Assembly: GCA_963764165.1 (NCBI GenBank)
Contig: CAVXRD010000002.1
Span: 3,040,001 to 3,104,000 of the forward strand
Source: an uncultured Verrucomicrobiae bacterium
Lineage (GTDB): Bacteria > Verrucomicrobiota > Verrucomicrobiia > Limisphaerales > Palsa-1400
DNA length: 64,000 nucleotides
Reading direction: 5' to 3'
The notes beneath the pieces were generated by a model, which was not told the DNA's origin, did no database searches, and saw nothing but the letters and a program-made list of their open reading frames with translations. Below, piece after piece: positions 47,679-58,367 of this stretch (its first letter is position 1; each line of letters opens with the position of its first letter). The position numbers were made by a program, and so were the translations under genes.

Positions 47679-48593
47679 ATGAAAACCAAAAATCAAAGAA
47701 GCGTGCGTTGTGCCGAAGCTTTCACATTAATCGAATTGCTGGTCGTCATTGCCATTATTGCCATCTTGGCGGCGATGCTTCTTCCGACGTTAGCCCATGC
47801 AAAAACACAGGCGCAAGGCGTCAAATGCATGAGCAATGAGCGGCAGCTTTCGCTGGGATGGACAATGTATAACGGGGAAAACGCCGATCACTTCGTGCTC
47901 TCCAGCGCGGATTTGGGGACGAGTGATCCCATGAACAAGTACGCATGGACGCAGCAGACAGAAGATTTCACACCAAACTCTTACAATTGGGATCCAGCGT
48001 GCCCTGTGGTGGGGATGATGAATGGTCCCTTGTATCCGTTTATCAAGAGCGCGGGTGTCTTTGTCTGCCCGTCGGATACTTCGATGGTGCATTCAAATTC
48101 TGCCTCCGGCCCATGGGTTCCACGGACTCGTTCGATTTCGATGAATTATTATCTGGGTGGATTTGGCGACTCGAATTTGGTTAACAGTTACCCCATCTAT
48201 AAGCAAATGTCAGATTTGAGGCCGGGCAAGACTCCCGGGCCGGCGGGAACATGGCTCTTTATGGACGAACGGCAGGACTCCATTAACTGGGGCAATTATT
48301 GCGTGGTTATGACCGGAGATTCTCCATACGCGCCCCAATCTTTTGAGTTCGATCAGGACATGCCAGGATTTCTCCATAATAACGCGGTTGGATTATCATT
48401 TACTGATGGGCATGCCGAAATTCATAAATGGGCGGATCCAAGGACTTGCCCCCCGATGTGGAGCTATGCTCAGTGCAGCGTGAACCCAACTGGGCCTAAT
48501 GGGCCATCGGCGAACGGCTTGCCTGTCCGAGACGATATGGACGTTCGCTGGCTTCAATTGCATAGTGTTTGGCAATCCGATGGCGATTATTAG
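47679..48593 (+). CDS. Prepilin-type protein with H-X9-DG domain
   Basis: [43 protein letters not shown]. Confidence 0.9.
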   Translation: MKTKNQRSVRCAEAFTLIELLVVIAIIAILAAMLLPTLAHAKTQAQGVKCMSNERQLSLGWTMYNGENADHFVLSSADLGTSDPMNKYAWTQQTEDFTPNSYNWDPACPVVGMMNGPLYPFIKSAGVFVCPSDTSMVHSNSASGPWVPRTRSISMNYYLGGFGDSNLVNSYPIYKQMSDLRPGKTPGPAGTWLFMDERQDSINWGNYCVVMTGDSPYAPQSFEFDQDMPGFLHNNAVGLSFTDGHAEIHKWADPRTCPPMWSYAQCSVNPTGPNGPSANGLPVRDDMDVRWLQLHSVWQSDGDY

Positions 48594-49098
48594 ACCCATT
48601 CCGAATGCGATATTGAACGGCAAATGGTTGATCCGCTTTAAATTAAGTTTTTTGGGTTGACGTTCGTGTAATTTTTGGATACGAATATGAAGTGACGATT
48701 GAGTCACGGATCGGAAAAAAATCAGTTTCGCAAATTTTCAAGCTGGATAGAGATTTGCTGGGCACAGTTGTAAATAGGTCCAGTAGTGGGGTTAGGAAGA
48801 TCCGTGATAAGAATTGGATCAGCCATGTGGACTAAACAAACACAGGCGGTTCGAATGTCCGATGGAAGCACTGAGAATCTTGGAATAACCTCCTTTCCCA
48901 GATTTTTTGTCCTGCCTTCAGCGTTTGGCTGCTCGCAAAATGTCGCGGACAAGGCGCAAGTTCGCAAAGGCAGCGGTGTCTCCAGTCTTCCGCGCGCATT
49001 CTGCATCACTTTGGTAAAAAATCATAGCGTTCCTTCCATTAACAACAATCGAACAGACAATTTGTTTCAAGATTTCCGCAAATAACGAATCATTCATT

Positions 49099-50022
49099 AT
49101 GCAACAGTCGAAACTTAAGAGCTTAACCGTCTGCGCAAGAGATCAGCGCTCCGGAGGCTTCACATTAATCGAACTTCTGGTGGTTATCGCCATCATTGCC
49201 ATTTTGGCGGCACTGATTTTGCCTTCGTTGGTGCATGCAAAACAGGAAGCACAAGGCGTCAAGTGCATGAGCAATCAGCACCAGTTGGCGCTCGGCTGGT
49301 ACAACTACGCATTGGATAATAAGGAGCGCGTCCTTTACTCTAGTCTTGGCCCGCCCGGGGATCCTGCCAATGCGGCTGTCTGGACACAGCAAGAGGAGGA
49401 CATGACTCCGGCCCAATACAATTGGGATCCGACTGTGGATATTACTGTCGGTCCAATGTACCCTTATGTCAAGAATTACCTGGTCTACCGGTGCCCCGCT
49501 GATACGTCATTCGTCCATTCCAATTCTCCGTCGGGCATGCTGTTGCCTCGCGTCCGCAGCATTTCAATGAACTTTTTCTTCGGCGGGTTCGGCGGTGAAA
49601 ATGCAAGCTATGCCGCTGGTGTGACTTTTGACGCCGCTGCCTATCCTATATTTTTGAAAACAACGGACTTAGGGCTTCCCCAGCCCGGCCCCTCGGGGAC
49701 TTGGGTTTTCGTGGACGAGCGGGAAGACTGCATCAACTGGGGAAACTACCTGCAAGATATGACGGGGGATGGTGCTCTAGATGGTGCAAGTGGGGCGCGT
49801 CAGTATCAGTTTAATGAGGATATGCCGGGAATGTGGCATAACTTCGGTGCTGGATACGCCTTCGCTGATGGTCATGGTGAAATCAAGCATTGGCAGCAGC
49901 CGAACCTTACGTGCCCGCCGTTGAAGTTTCCAAGTGGTCCCGCCGACCCGAGTCCGTGGAAAGCTGCGGGCGATAAAGATGTGACGTGGATACAGCTTCG
50001 GACTGTGCGTCCGAGCAAGTAA
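49099..50022 (+). CDS. Prepilin-type protein with H-X9-DG domain (paralog of 47679-48593)
   Basis: [43 protein letters not shown]. Confidence 0.9.
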   Translation: MQQSKLKSLTVCARDQRSGGFTLIELLVVIAIIAILAALILPSLVHAKQEAQGVKCMSNQHQLALGWYNYALDNKERVLYSSLGPPGDPANAAVWTQQEEDMTPAQYNWDPTVDITVGPMYPYVKNYLVYRCPADTSFVHSNSPSGMLLPRVRSISMNFFFGGFGGENASYAAGVTFDAAAYPIFLKTTDLGLPQPGPSGTWVFVDEREDCINWGNYLQDMTGDGALDGASGARQYQFNEDMPGMWHNFGAGYAFADGHGEIKHWQQPNLTCPPLKFPSGPADPSPWKAAGDKDVTWIQLRTVRPSK

Positions 50023-50204
50023 CAAGTTAAATTGAGCGGGAGATTGAATTCATCCTCCTCGCCACGTTGATTCAGGAAAAGGTGTTAACAATTACAGAAT
50101 TTGGATTGGCTGATAAGGAAATTGGCAATCGTTGAAGGTGTGACGAGGCCATCATCCAAACAAAAAGACCCTGACAAAACAAAACAAAAAAACGAAAGCA
50201 ACGA

Positions 50205-53200
50205 ATGAAAACACTGAGATCCCGGAAGGTTCGCTCCTCATTAGGCGGGGCGCTTCTCCTCGGCGCACTGGCAACCTCGCCACTGCACGCCCAAACGTAT
50301 CAATCTATCATCGAAGGTGACTCGCCGTTGGATTTTTGGCGTTTCACAGAAACTGTGGCATCACCTCTGCCCAACACGGTCACCAACCTCGGCAGCGTCG
50401 GAGCCGCCGGAACTGGTTATGTCGTTGGGCCCGGCTACTCGGTAACAGGCACCAACGGCATCGTTGGAAACGGCATCTTTCTAAGCAACCCTGGCCAAGG
50501 TTCAGGCACCGTCGATACCAAGATTGATATTCCGAACATTCCGGCGCTGAACCCGAATCCGCCTTTCTCGATTGAGTTTTGGGCGCAACCGAATCCCAAT
50601 GCAACATTTGCACCAAGTGACAGCACCGGTTTGTGTCCGCTTTCATCGCTCTGTCCTGACGGGGATCCGAATTTTTCGGAAAGCGCGCGATCTGGCTGGC
50701 TATTTTACGTGACGCCCACCAGTTGGACAATGCGGTTGGGCGGCCTTCAAAGCTATACGGCTGTCTGCACGTTCGGAACGAACGTCCCCAACACTTCATG
50801 GACGCATGTTGTGGGTGAATTCGATGGTTCGACTGCGTATCTATATTTGAATGGATACTTGGTCAAAACCACGCCTGCGACAAGCAACCCGTTTCAACCT
50901 AACCACTTTCAGGTCCTCCGGTTCGGCGGCACGACGCTGGCCAACAATCCTAACGCAGAGGACGCCAACGGCAGCTCGCTGGTCTCCGGCGGCAACCGTG
51001 GATGGGACGGATTTCTTGACGAAGTTGCCATCTACACCAACCTCCTGAGCTCCAACACGGTCATGTCGCATTACACGGCGGGCATTGCGCATTCAGCCAG
51101 TTACAGTTCCCTCATTCTCGCTTCCTCGCCGGTCGGCTACTGGCCGCTGAACGAAGGCGTGTATACACCACCGAGCGTCGACGGAACGTTTGCCGCCGAC
51201 ATCGGTTCAGCCGCCAACAGCGGAACGAATACCATCGGAACCCTCGCGGACCAGCCCGGCGTTCCGGGCCTTGGCGATCCCTCTGTCTACTATAGCGGCG
51301 CCATCGGATCATTGGTGCTGGACTCGCCCACTCCGGTTAATGTCGCGGGGCAGACTCTCACGCTGGCGGCATGGATCAAGCAGACTGGTTTTGATTACGT
51401 CTCCGACATCATTGCCCAAGGGTTTGACACAACAAACTACTTCGAAAACTTCCTCCGCGTCGGCGATTCGTTCGACTGGGCGAATTCACAGGACAACAAT
51501 TCCGGTGAAAATTACAACACCAATGTCGTGAACAACGTCAACTATTACGAGGTGGGCGCGTACGACGATGGCCCAGGCTATGTTAGCGCGGTTTTCCCCG
51601 TCCCGAATGGAGATCTTGGGCACTGGGTATTCCTGGTCGGCACCTACGATGGAGAGAATTGGAATCTTTATCGCAACGGTGTGTTAGCGGCCCAGTTTAA
51701 CGGCAGCTTTCCCGACGGAAGCGGTTCCGGGCCTGTCGCTGTAAACTATCCGTGGTCGGTTGGTTCACGCAGCGAGCCGAGTCCGTACTTCGGAATGTTT
51801 TTCCCAGGCTATATTGCGGAACCCGCTGTTCTTACCACCGCCCTTTCGGCGGCAACAATTTCCAATCTTTACAACAAAGCAGCGCTGCCTCCTGTCGTCA
51901 CGGCGCCTGCGCAAGTGGTCTCGCCGGCCTACGTCGGTCAGAACGTCGCGTATAGCATCTGGGCCGACGGGCCCGGCGGCCTGCACTATCAATGGTACTC
52001 CAATAACGTTGCCATGAGTGGTCAAACGTCCAGCAACCTCAGTTTGAGCGGTGTTACCCCAAGCTCTGACGCAACCTACTCCGTCGTCGTGTCCAACCCA
52101 TACGGATCAGTCACGGATTCGGTGCCACTCTTCGTAACCCCTTCGCTGCCTGCTGTAACGATCGTGCCGGCGGCGGAAAAGCGGTGGATTGGAACAGAGC
52201 TGAGTTTTGCTCCTGCCAGCCTGCCTTCTGTATCGCTGACCTACCAGTGGTACCTTAACGGAACCAACATCCCCGGCGCGACATCTTCCAATTACACCGC
52301 AGTCACAACCAGCAGCAGTGCTGGCAGCTACACGCTGATTGCGACCAGCACGTACGGCGCGGTTACCAGTTCAGTCTCCACGTTGACGCCGCTGACTCCG
52401 CCGAACTCCTACGTCTCAACGATTGTGGGTGACCAACCGGAAGCGTATTTCCGCCTCGATGAACAGAGCGGCACCGTTGCCCACGATTACGCCGGTGGCA
52501 ACGACGGTCAATATATTGGCGCCCTTACCTTGGGAGTCCCTGGCTATTCGCTGGTCGACACCGATACGGCCGTTTATTTCCCTGGCCAAGCGGTGGATTA
52601 TGTTGGCAACTTTGGGGCCACATCCATTGACTTCCCGGGCACGAGCTCGGAGTTCTCGATTGAAGCGTGGGCCAAGGGGCCGGCGGTCCAGAATGTGGGG
52701 ACAGGCGTGATTGTGGCCAAAGGCCATAGCAACAACGGAACCACTGCCAATGAGCAGTTTAGTCTCCTCAACAACGGCGGCACATGGGAATTCCTGGTTC
52801 GCGACTCACACGCCACCGCGCATACGGCGACGGCAAGCACTGGCCCCGATGGAAGCTGGCATCATCTGGTCGGCGTCTTCGATTCAGCCGGCGGCAGCAT
52901 GTATCTCTATGTCGACGGTGTCCAGGCGGCCTCGGGCAGCGCGACTGGCCTGAATGGCGGCGTCATTGACAACGGGTCTTCGGTAAGCATCGGGTCAGAA
53001 AGTTCCGGCCCGACGCCTGATTATGCTTACGCCTTCGAGGGAACGATTGACGAAGTAGCGATCTATGGGCACGCATTGAGCCCGGCGCAAGTCTCGGCGC
53101 ACTATGCGGCGGTTTACGGGCCGAATACACCTCCGTTTATCACCAGCCAGCCCACTTCGGTGACGAACTACTTCAGCCTCCCCGCGACACTGTCTGTTGC

Positions 53201-54356
53201 CGCCGCCGGCACGACTCCGCTGACGTATCAGTGGAACCAGAATGGCAGCCCGGTTTCGGGTGCGACGACCGCGACCTTGTCGTTCCCCTCATTGGATTAC
53301 AATCAGGCGGGAACGTACACGGTCGGCATTACCAACACGATCAGTGGTGGCGTGGTTACTGGCATCCTCAGCGCGCCCGTGACCGTCACCGTCCTGGCTC
53401 CGCCGACCAATCCGCCGGCGATCCCCGGGATGGTGATGCACCTGCCGTTTGATAATAACCTTATCGACACAACAGGCCGCGGCAATAACGCCACCAATCT
53501 GGCCAGCGGCGGCGCTCCGCTGATTACGAACAACTACGTTCAAGGAGTGATCGGCAATGCCTTCCAGTTCCAAACGACGGTCGATTCGAGCGTAGGAGGA
53601 ACAACGAACGCAAACTATGCAACGCTAGGTGTGCGCCCTGACTTGCAGTTCGGTTCCGGCAGCTTCACGGTCAGCATGTGGATCCAGCTTCCCTACAACT
53701 CCGAGCCATATGATCTGCCGTTCTTCACGGACGTTGTTGGATCCACGTTTGGCGCCCCGGGTTACGTGTTCACCTCTTCCTTCCAACTGGGCGGCTGGGG
53801 TTACTCTGTGTATAACGAAACCGGCAGTGCTGGCTTGGGCGTGTATGGACCCAGCCAATTGCTCAACGATGGCAACTGGCACAACCTTGTCTTCATCATC
53901 GACCAGGTGAATGGGGCAACTGTCTATATGGACGGCGTCGTGTCGCAGGGAACTATCGAGGGTGGTTCCACCGCGATCGGAATGGGCGATATTGACAGCA
54001 CTGAACCAGCCACCATCGGCCAGGACCCGACCGGCCTTTATGAGGGAGGCTTGGTGCAATCAGCAAATACGCTCCAAATCGGGATCGATGACCTCGCGGT
54101 CTGGAAGCGCGCGCTCACCCCGCTGGAAGCGGCTTCGATCTACGAAGCGGGTTTCTACAATGGGGTCGGCATCACCAACGCTCCGCTCACCTTCACCATG
54201 ACGAAGATCGCCGGCCCGAAACTGGTGCTGAACTGGAACGAGGGCGTTCTCCAAACCACGACCAACTTGGCTGGCGCTTGGACGACTCTGTCTGTCACGT
54301 CGCCGTATACCAATACGCCGTCGGGCAGCGATGCGTTCTTCCGCGTCAAGTTCTAA
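50205..54356 (+). CDS. Large secreted LamG (ConA-like) x4 + Ig-like x3 protein
   Basis: Signal peptide; WxHxV..YxxG..DEVAIY..L repeats; YQW..Y Ig repeats; tail TTNLAGAW..FFRV. Confidence 0.88.
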   Translation: MKTLRSRKVRSSLGGALLLGALATSPLHAQTYQSIIEGDSPLDFWRFTETVASPLPNTVTNLGSVGAAGTGYVVGPGYSVTGTNGIVGNGIFLSNPGQGSGTVDTKIDIPNIPALNPNPPFSIEFWAQPNPNATFAPSDSTGLCPLSSLCPDGDPNFSESARSGWLFYVTPTSWTMRLGGLQSYTAVCTFGTNVPNTSWTHVVGEFDGSTAYLYLNGYLVKTTPATSNPFQPNHFQVLRFGGTTLANNPNAEDANGSSLVSGGNRGWDGFLDEVAIYTNLLSSNTVMSHYTAGIAHSASYSSLILASSPVGYWPLNEGVYTPPSVDGTFAADIGSAANSGTNTIGTLADQPGVPGLGDPSVYYSGAIGSLVLDSPTPVNVAGQTLTLAAWIKQTGFDYVSDIIAQGFDTTNYFENFLRVGDSFDWANSQDNNSGENYNTNVVNNVNYYEVGAYDDGPGYVSAVFPVPNGDLGHWVFLVGTYDGENWNLYRNGVLAAQFNGSFPDGSGSGPVAVNYPWSVGSRSEPSPYFGMFFPGYIAEPAVLTTALSAATISNLYNKAALPPVVTAPAQVVSPAYVGQNVAYSIWADGPGGLHYQWYSNNVAMSGQTSSNLSLSGVTPSSDATYSVVVSNPYGSVTDSVPLFVTPSLPAVTIVPAAEKRWIGTELSFAPASLPSVSLTYQWYLNGTNIPGATSSNYTAVTTSSSAGSYTLIATSTYGAVTSSVSTLTPLTPPNSYVSTIVGDQPEAYFRLDEQSGTVAHDYAGGNDGQYIGALTLGVPGYSLVDTDTAVYFPGQAVDYVGNFGATSIDFPGTSSEFSIEAWAKGPAVQNVGTGVIVAKGHSNNGTTANEQFSLLNNGGTWEFLVRDSHATAHTATASTGPDGSWHHLVGVFDSAGGSMYLYVDGVQAASGSATGLNGGVIDNGSSVSIGSESSGPTPDYAYAFEGTIDEVAIYGHALSPAQVSAHYAAVYGPNTPPFITSQPTSVTNYFSLPATLSVAAAGTTPLTYQWNQNGSPVSGATTATLSFPSLDYNQAGTYTVGITNTISGGVVTGILSAPVTVTVLAPPTNPPAIPGMVMHLPFDNNLIDTTGRGNNATNLASGGAPLITNNYVQGVIGNAFQFQTTVDSSVGGTTNANYATLGVRPDLQFGSGSFTVSMWIQLPYNSEPYDLPFFTDVVGSTFGAPGYVFTSSFQLGGWGYSVYNETGSAGLGVYGPSQLLNDGNWHNLVFIIDQVNGATVYMDGVVSQGTIEGGSTAIGMGDIDSTEPATIGQDPTGLYEGGLVQSANTLQIGIDDLAVWKRALTPLEAASIYEAGFYNGVGITNAPLTFTMTKIAGPKLVLNWNEGVLQTTTNLAGAWTTLSVTSPYTNTPSGSDAFFRVKF

Positions 54357-54387
54357 ACTTGCCGCTCTGAGAAAAGAGCAATTCACG

Positions 54388-54422
54388 CAGAGGCCGGGAG
54401 CAATCCCGGCCTCTGTTGTTTT
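54388..54422 (+). terminator. Intrinsic terminator
   Basis: CAGAGGCCGGGA-GCAA-TCCCGGCCTCTG-TTGTTTT. Confidence 0.8.
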
Positions 54423-54475
54423 CGAAAGTCAAAAATGCTTTGACCATCCCGGCGAACCACTTAACCTTGGCAGTC

Positions 54476-55597
54476 ATGTTGAAACGAACGCCGTTATTTG
54501 GGGCGCACAAGAAATTGGGAGCCCAACTGGTGGAATTTGGAGGCTGGGAGATGCCCGTCTGTTATTCGGGCATTATTGAGGAACACACCACGGTGCGCAG
54601 CGCGGCGGGGATTTTCGATATTTCACACATGGGAGAGATTACCGCGGCCGGCCCGAGCGCCGCGGCGTTTTTGAATTTCATTCTCAGCAACGACATCCTC
54701 AAATTGCAGCCCGGCCAGGGCCAGTACACCATCCTTTGCAACGAGCGTGGCGGAGCCATTGACGACCTCTATGTCTACCGCCTTGGCGAGGAAGACTTTT
54801 TGTTGGTGGTCAACGCTTCCCGAATCGAAGCCGACTTTGCGTGGATCAAGAAGCAATGGGCTGATTTTCCAGCGCACCGAGGGGTTGATCTCAAAAACCG
54901 CTCTGACGAGATGGCGGCGGTGGCGGTGCAAGGTCCGAAGGTGGCCGGATTTATTGACTCTTGCTTTTCCGCCGGAGCCCGGACGGCGGCGTCCTTGCAG
55001 AAGAATGAAATTGGCAAGTTTGATTTCAGCGGGCAGACCGTCTTGGTGTCCCGCACGGGATACACTGGCGAGGATGGGTTTGAAATTGTCAGCGATGCCG
55101 GCATCATCGAGCCGCTCTGGGACAAAATACTTGAAGCCGGAAAACCGGCGGGCATCAAGCCGGCCGGGCTTGGTTGCCGCGATACCCTCCGCACGGAGGT
55201 TTGTTATCCGCTTTACGGGCACGAATTGAACGAAGACACCACCCCTCTTGAGGCGGGACTTGGTTATTTCGTCGCGCTTGGCAAGGGCGAATTCGTGGGC
55301 CGCGCCACTCTGGCAAAGCAAAAGGCGGAAGGAACCCCCCGCAAATTGGCCGCGTTCAAGATGACCGAGCGCAGCGCCCCGCCGCGGCCTGGCTACGCCA
55401 TCTGGAGCACGGGGGAGGCGGCGGAATCGATTGGCATGATTTCAAGCGGGACGCAAAGCCCGTCTCTCGGCTGCGGCATTGGGCTGGGTTTTGTGGCGCC
55501 AAATTTTGCCCCCGCCAATACGGCGATTGCAATTGAAATTCGAGGGAAACGCGTGCCCGCGGTCACCGTGGCCCGCCCTATTTACCGCAAGGGCTGA
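54476..55597 (+). CDS. gcvT: Glycine cleavage system aminomethyltransferase T
   Basis: LKRTPL, FGGWEMP, FDISHMG, SRTGYTGEDGFE, RDTLR. Confidence 0.97.
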   Translation: MLKRTPLFGAHKKLGAQLVEFGGWEMPVCYSGIIEEHTTVRSAAGIFDISHMGEITAAGPSAAAFLNFILSNDILKLQPGQGQYTILCNERGGAIDDLYVYRLGEEDFLLVVNASRIEADFAWIKKQWADFPAHRGVDLKNRSDEMAAVAVQGPKVAGFIDSCFSAGARTAASLQKNEIGKFDFSGQTVLVSRTGYTGEDGFEIVSDAGIIEPLWDKILEAGKPAGIKPAGLGCRDTLRTEVCYPLYGHELNEDTTPLEAGLGYFVALGKGEFVGRATLAKQKAEGTPRKLAAFKMTERSAPPRPGYAIWSTGEAAESIGMISSGTQSPSLGCGIGLGFVAPNFAPANTAIAIEIRGKRVPAVTVARPIYRKG

Positions 55598-55606
55598 CGA
55601 TTCGAT

Positions 55607-55735
55607 GCAGGACAAAATTCTTCACGAACAAAGTGGCAGCGGCGTCCCGCCGGTGAATCGGCCCGCCAGAGGCGAGACGCCTCTGCCACCTTTAATGAAC
55701 ACCGCGGCGGAAGAATTTTGTTTTGCGCCACCGAC
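55607..55735. repeat. REP-like element nested in an outer inverted repeat
   Basis: Outer GCAGGACAAAATTCTTC / GAAGAATTTTGTTTTGC around GTGGCAGCGGCGTCCCGCC..GAGACGCCTCTGCCAC. Confidence 0.8.
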
Positions 55736-55795
55736 TTCGATGCTGCCGAAAAAGATTTTCAAAAACCTTGATCGTCATACACTGGAAGAACTGAT

Positions 55796-56182
55796 ATGAG
55801 CGAAAATGTTCCCGCTGATCTTAAATACGCCAAATCGCACGAATGGGTTCGGATTGAAGGCGACACCGCCACTATTGGCATCACCGACCATGCGCAGCAT
55901 GAATTGACGGACGTTGTCTTTGTTGAAGTGCCGGTGGTTGGCCGAAAGGTTGCCGCAGGGGAACCGTGCGCGGTGGTGGAGTCCGTCAAGACGGCGAGCG
56001 ATATTTATTCTCCACTGAGCGGCGAAATTGTCGCCGTAAATCCTGAACTCGCCCAGCATCCGGAACTGGTCAACCGCGAGCCTTTCGCGGGCGGCTGGTT
56101 CTTCAAGCTCAAGCTCGCGCAGCCCGATGAATCGAGCCGCCTGCTTGACGCCGCGGCGTATACAAAGCAAATCGCGCCCTAA
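55796..56182 (+). CDS. gcvH: Glycine cleavage system H protein
   Basis: [21 protein letters not shown] lipoyl motif. Confidence 0.97.
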   Translation: MSENVPADLKYAKSHEWVRIEGDTATIGITDHAQHELTDVVFVEVPVVGRKVAAGEPCAVVESVKTASDIYSPLSGEIVAVNPELAQHPELVNREPFAGGWFFKLKLAQPDESSRLLDAAAYTKQIAP

Positions 56183-56198
56183 CCGATTTCAGCCTTCG

Positions 56199-56867
56199 AT
56201 GGAAGCCACTTACAAGATCATCGGCGGTGACGGCGCCGAATACGGCCCCGCGACGCTTGACGAACTGCGCGAATGGATACGCGACGGGCGCGTGGCGGGA
56301 AAGACGCAGGTCTGGCGAAGCGACGCGGCGGGATGGTCTCCAGCCGCGCGTTATGCGGAACTGGCCAGCGACCTGGCCAGGCTTGATGCCTCAACCGCCG
56401 CCGCGGCCCGCCCCTGCGGTTTTTGGGCGCGGCTGGGGGCGCACATTATTGACTCGCTCGTCCTTGGCGCCTTGTTCCAACTGGTGTGGTCGCAGTTGAC
56501 ACTCTCTCATGATTGGCCGCTGCCTCCTTTGCCCACCGTGCTCAACGACGAAACGGTGAAACAATTTGTGCAGGACTGCCAAATCTGGGCCAATCATGCG
56601 ATCGTGGTCTACTACCCCATTTGTTTGGTTTACGATATGCTGATGAACGGGCGGTTTGGAGCGACCCTCGGGAAGATGGCCATCGGGGCGCGCATTGTCA
56701 TGCTTGACGGTTCGCACATCGGATACGGCAGGGCGGCCATTCGGGGAATCGCTTCCGTTGCAATCGAGTTATTCTGTTTGCCAGCCAACGTCATCATTGG
56801 CCTTCGCCGCGACAAACGCGCGCTTCACGATTTCGTGGCGGGCACGCGGGTGATTTACAAGTCATGA
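56199..56867 (+). CDS. GYF_2-like domain + RDD-family membrane protein
   Basis: YKIIGGDG.EYGP; FWARLGAHIID; TLGK; LHDFVAGTRV. Confidence 0.85.
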   Translation: MEATYKIIGGDGAEYGPATLDELREWIRDGRVAGKTQVWRSDAAGWSPAARYAELASDLARLDASTAAAARPCGFWARLGAHIIDSLVLGALFQLVWSQLTLSHDWPLPPLPTVLNDETVKQFVQDCQIWANHAIVVYYPICLVYDMLMNGRFGATLGKMAIGARIVMLDGSHIGYGRAAIRGIASVAIELFCLPANVIIGLRRDKRALHDFVAGTRVIYKS

Positions 56868-57388
56868 ACAGCTCCCCGAATCGCCGCATCGTCCTGATTG
56901 CGCTAGCGGTGGTGCTGCTGGACCAATGCACCAAGCTGCTGGTTCTGCGCTGGCTTCCGCCTCCCCAGGAATGGGTCGTCATTGATGGATTCTTTCGCTT
57001 CGTGAATTGGAGCAACACGGGCGCGGCCTTCAGCTTCCTGCCGAACAAGAACGATTCCCTCGCGGTTGTATCCGTCTGCGCGCTGGCCGGCCTTATTTTC
57101 TGGCGGAGCCATTTTTATGTGCGCAGCGCGCTCGGCCAGGTCTCCTTTGCGCTCATATGCGGCGGCATCGTGGGCAATCTGGCGGACAGAATTCACTACC
57201 ATCGAGTCGTCGATTTTCTCCGCTTCTATCTTTACCGGCGCAGCGGGGAGGAAATTGGATTCCCGGCCTTCAACATGGCTGACAGCGCGATTTGCATCGG
57301 CGTCGGGCTTCTCATTTTGCTTTCGTGGAAGGAAGACCGGATGGGAGCCGGGGCCCGGCCTGATTCCAAGACGCCCGCTGTCCCCTAA
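56864..57388 (+). CDS. lspA: Lipoprotein signal peptidase II
   Basis: DQ.TK, NTGAAFS, GNLADR, VVDF, FNMAD. Confidence 0.95.
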   Translation: MNSSPNRRIVLIALAVVLLDQCTKLLVLRWLPPPQEWVVIDGFFRFVNWSNTGAAFSFLPNKNDSLAVVSVCALAGLIFWRSHFYVRSALGQVSFALICGGIVGNLADRIHYHRVVDFLRFYLYRRSGEEIGFPAFNMADSAICIGVGLLILLSWKEDRMGAGARPDSKTPAVP

Positions 57389-57405
57389 GGCGGAGCCCGG
57401 ATTCC

Positions 57406-58341
57406 ATGAAGGAGGAAATCGTCATTGCGGAGACTCTTCCGCACGAGCGCCTCGACATTTTCCTGCGCGAAAAATTTCCCGCCCTGTCGCGCGGCGCGAT
57501 CCAGCGCCTTATTGTTGACGGTGAAATTCGTGTTGACGGAAGAAGAGTCAAGCCCAGCCATCATCCGCGCGCCGGCGAGACCGTCGCCATCGAGCAGCGC
57601 GACGCGCGCCCCGCCGAGGCCAGGGCCGAGGAAATTCCGCTGGATATTCTCTACGAAGACGACGGCATGGTGGTGATTAACAAGCCGGCGGGCCTGGTGG
57701 TGCATCCCGCCTCGGGGCACAACGAACACACGCTGGTGAACGCCTTGCTGCATCACTGCCAAGGACAGCTAAGCGGCATCGGCGGTGTGGCAAGGCCCGG
57801 CATCGTGCATCGATTGGACAAAGGCACCAGCGGCTGCATCGTCGCAGCCAAAAACGACGCCGCGCATGTTCATCTGGCGGCCCAATTCGCGGAACGGAGC
57901 GTGGCAAAAACTTATCGAGCCATCGTTTGCGGCGGCATGACCCCGGCCAAAGGCGAAATCAACGCGCCCCTGGCCCGCGATCCCGTTCACAGGAAGCGAA
58001 TGGCGGTTGTCGCAGGCAAAGGGAAGGGCAGAGCGGCCCGAACAACTTTTCGCGTGGTGGAAAAATGGCTGGCGGCGTCGCTGGTCGAGCTGGACTTGCA
58101 CACCGGGCGGACGCATCAGATTCGGGTTCATCTCAAGCACCTGGGATTTCCGATTCTCGGTGATGACGTTTACGGCGGGCGCGCCACGGCGCGATTGGAG
58201 AAGGCCACTGGCTTTCACGCGCAGCGGCCTTTGCTTCATGCATGGCGGCTTGCTTTAGCAGTTCCAAAGAGTGGAAAGAGGCTGACCTTTGAAGCTCCAT
58301 TGCCGGCCGATATGCGAACAGCCCTTGATTTTTTCAAGTAG
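57406..58341 (+). CDS. rluD: RluA-family 23S rRNA pseudouridine synthase with S4 domain
   Basis: RLD..SR S4 motif, NKPAGLVVHP, VHRLDKGTSG, TGRTHQIR. Confidence 0.88.
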   Translation: MKEEIVIAETLPHERLDIFLREKFPALSRGAIQRLIVDGEIRVDGRRVKPSHHPRAGETVAIEQRDARPAEARAEEIPLDILYEDDGMVVINKPAGLVVHPASGHNEHTLVNALLHHCQGQLSGIGGVARPGIVHRLDKGTSGCIVAAKNDAAHVHLAAQFAERSVAKTYRAIVCGGMTPAKGEINAPLARDPVHRKRMAVVAGKGKGRAARTTFRVVEKWLAASLVELDLHTGRTHQIRVHLKHLGFPILGDDVYGGRATARLEKATGFHAQRPLLHAWRLALAVPKSGKRLTFEAPLPADMRTALDFFK

Positions 58342-58367
58342 TGGTTCACTATACAAGCGGGTCGCGC

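Noticed and set aside
54357..54475. Glycine riboswitch upstream of gcvT
   Set aside because: Space is taken by a terminator and a promoter close to the ATG; aptamer motifs absent.
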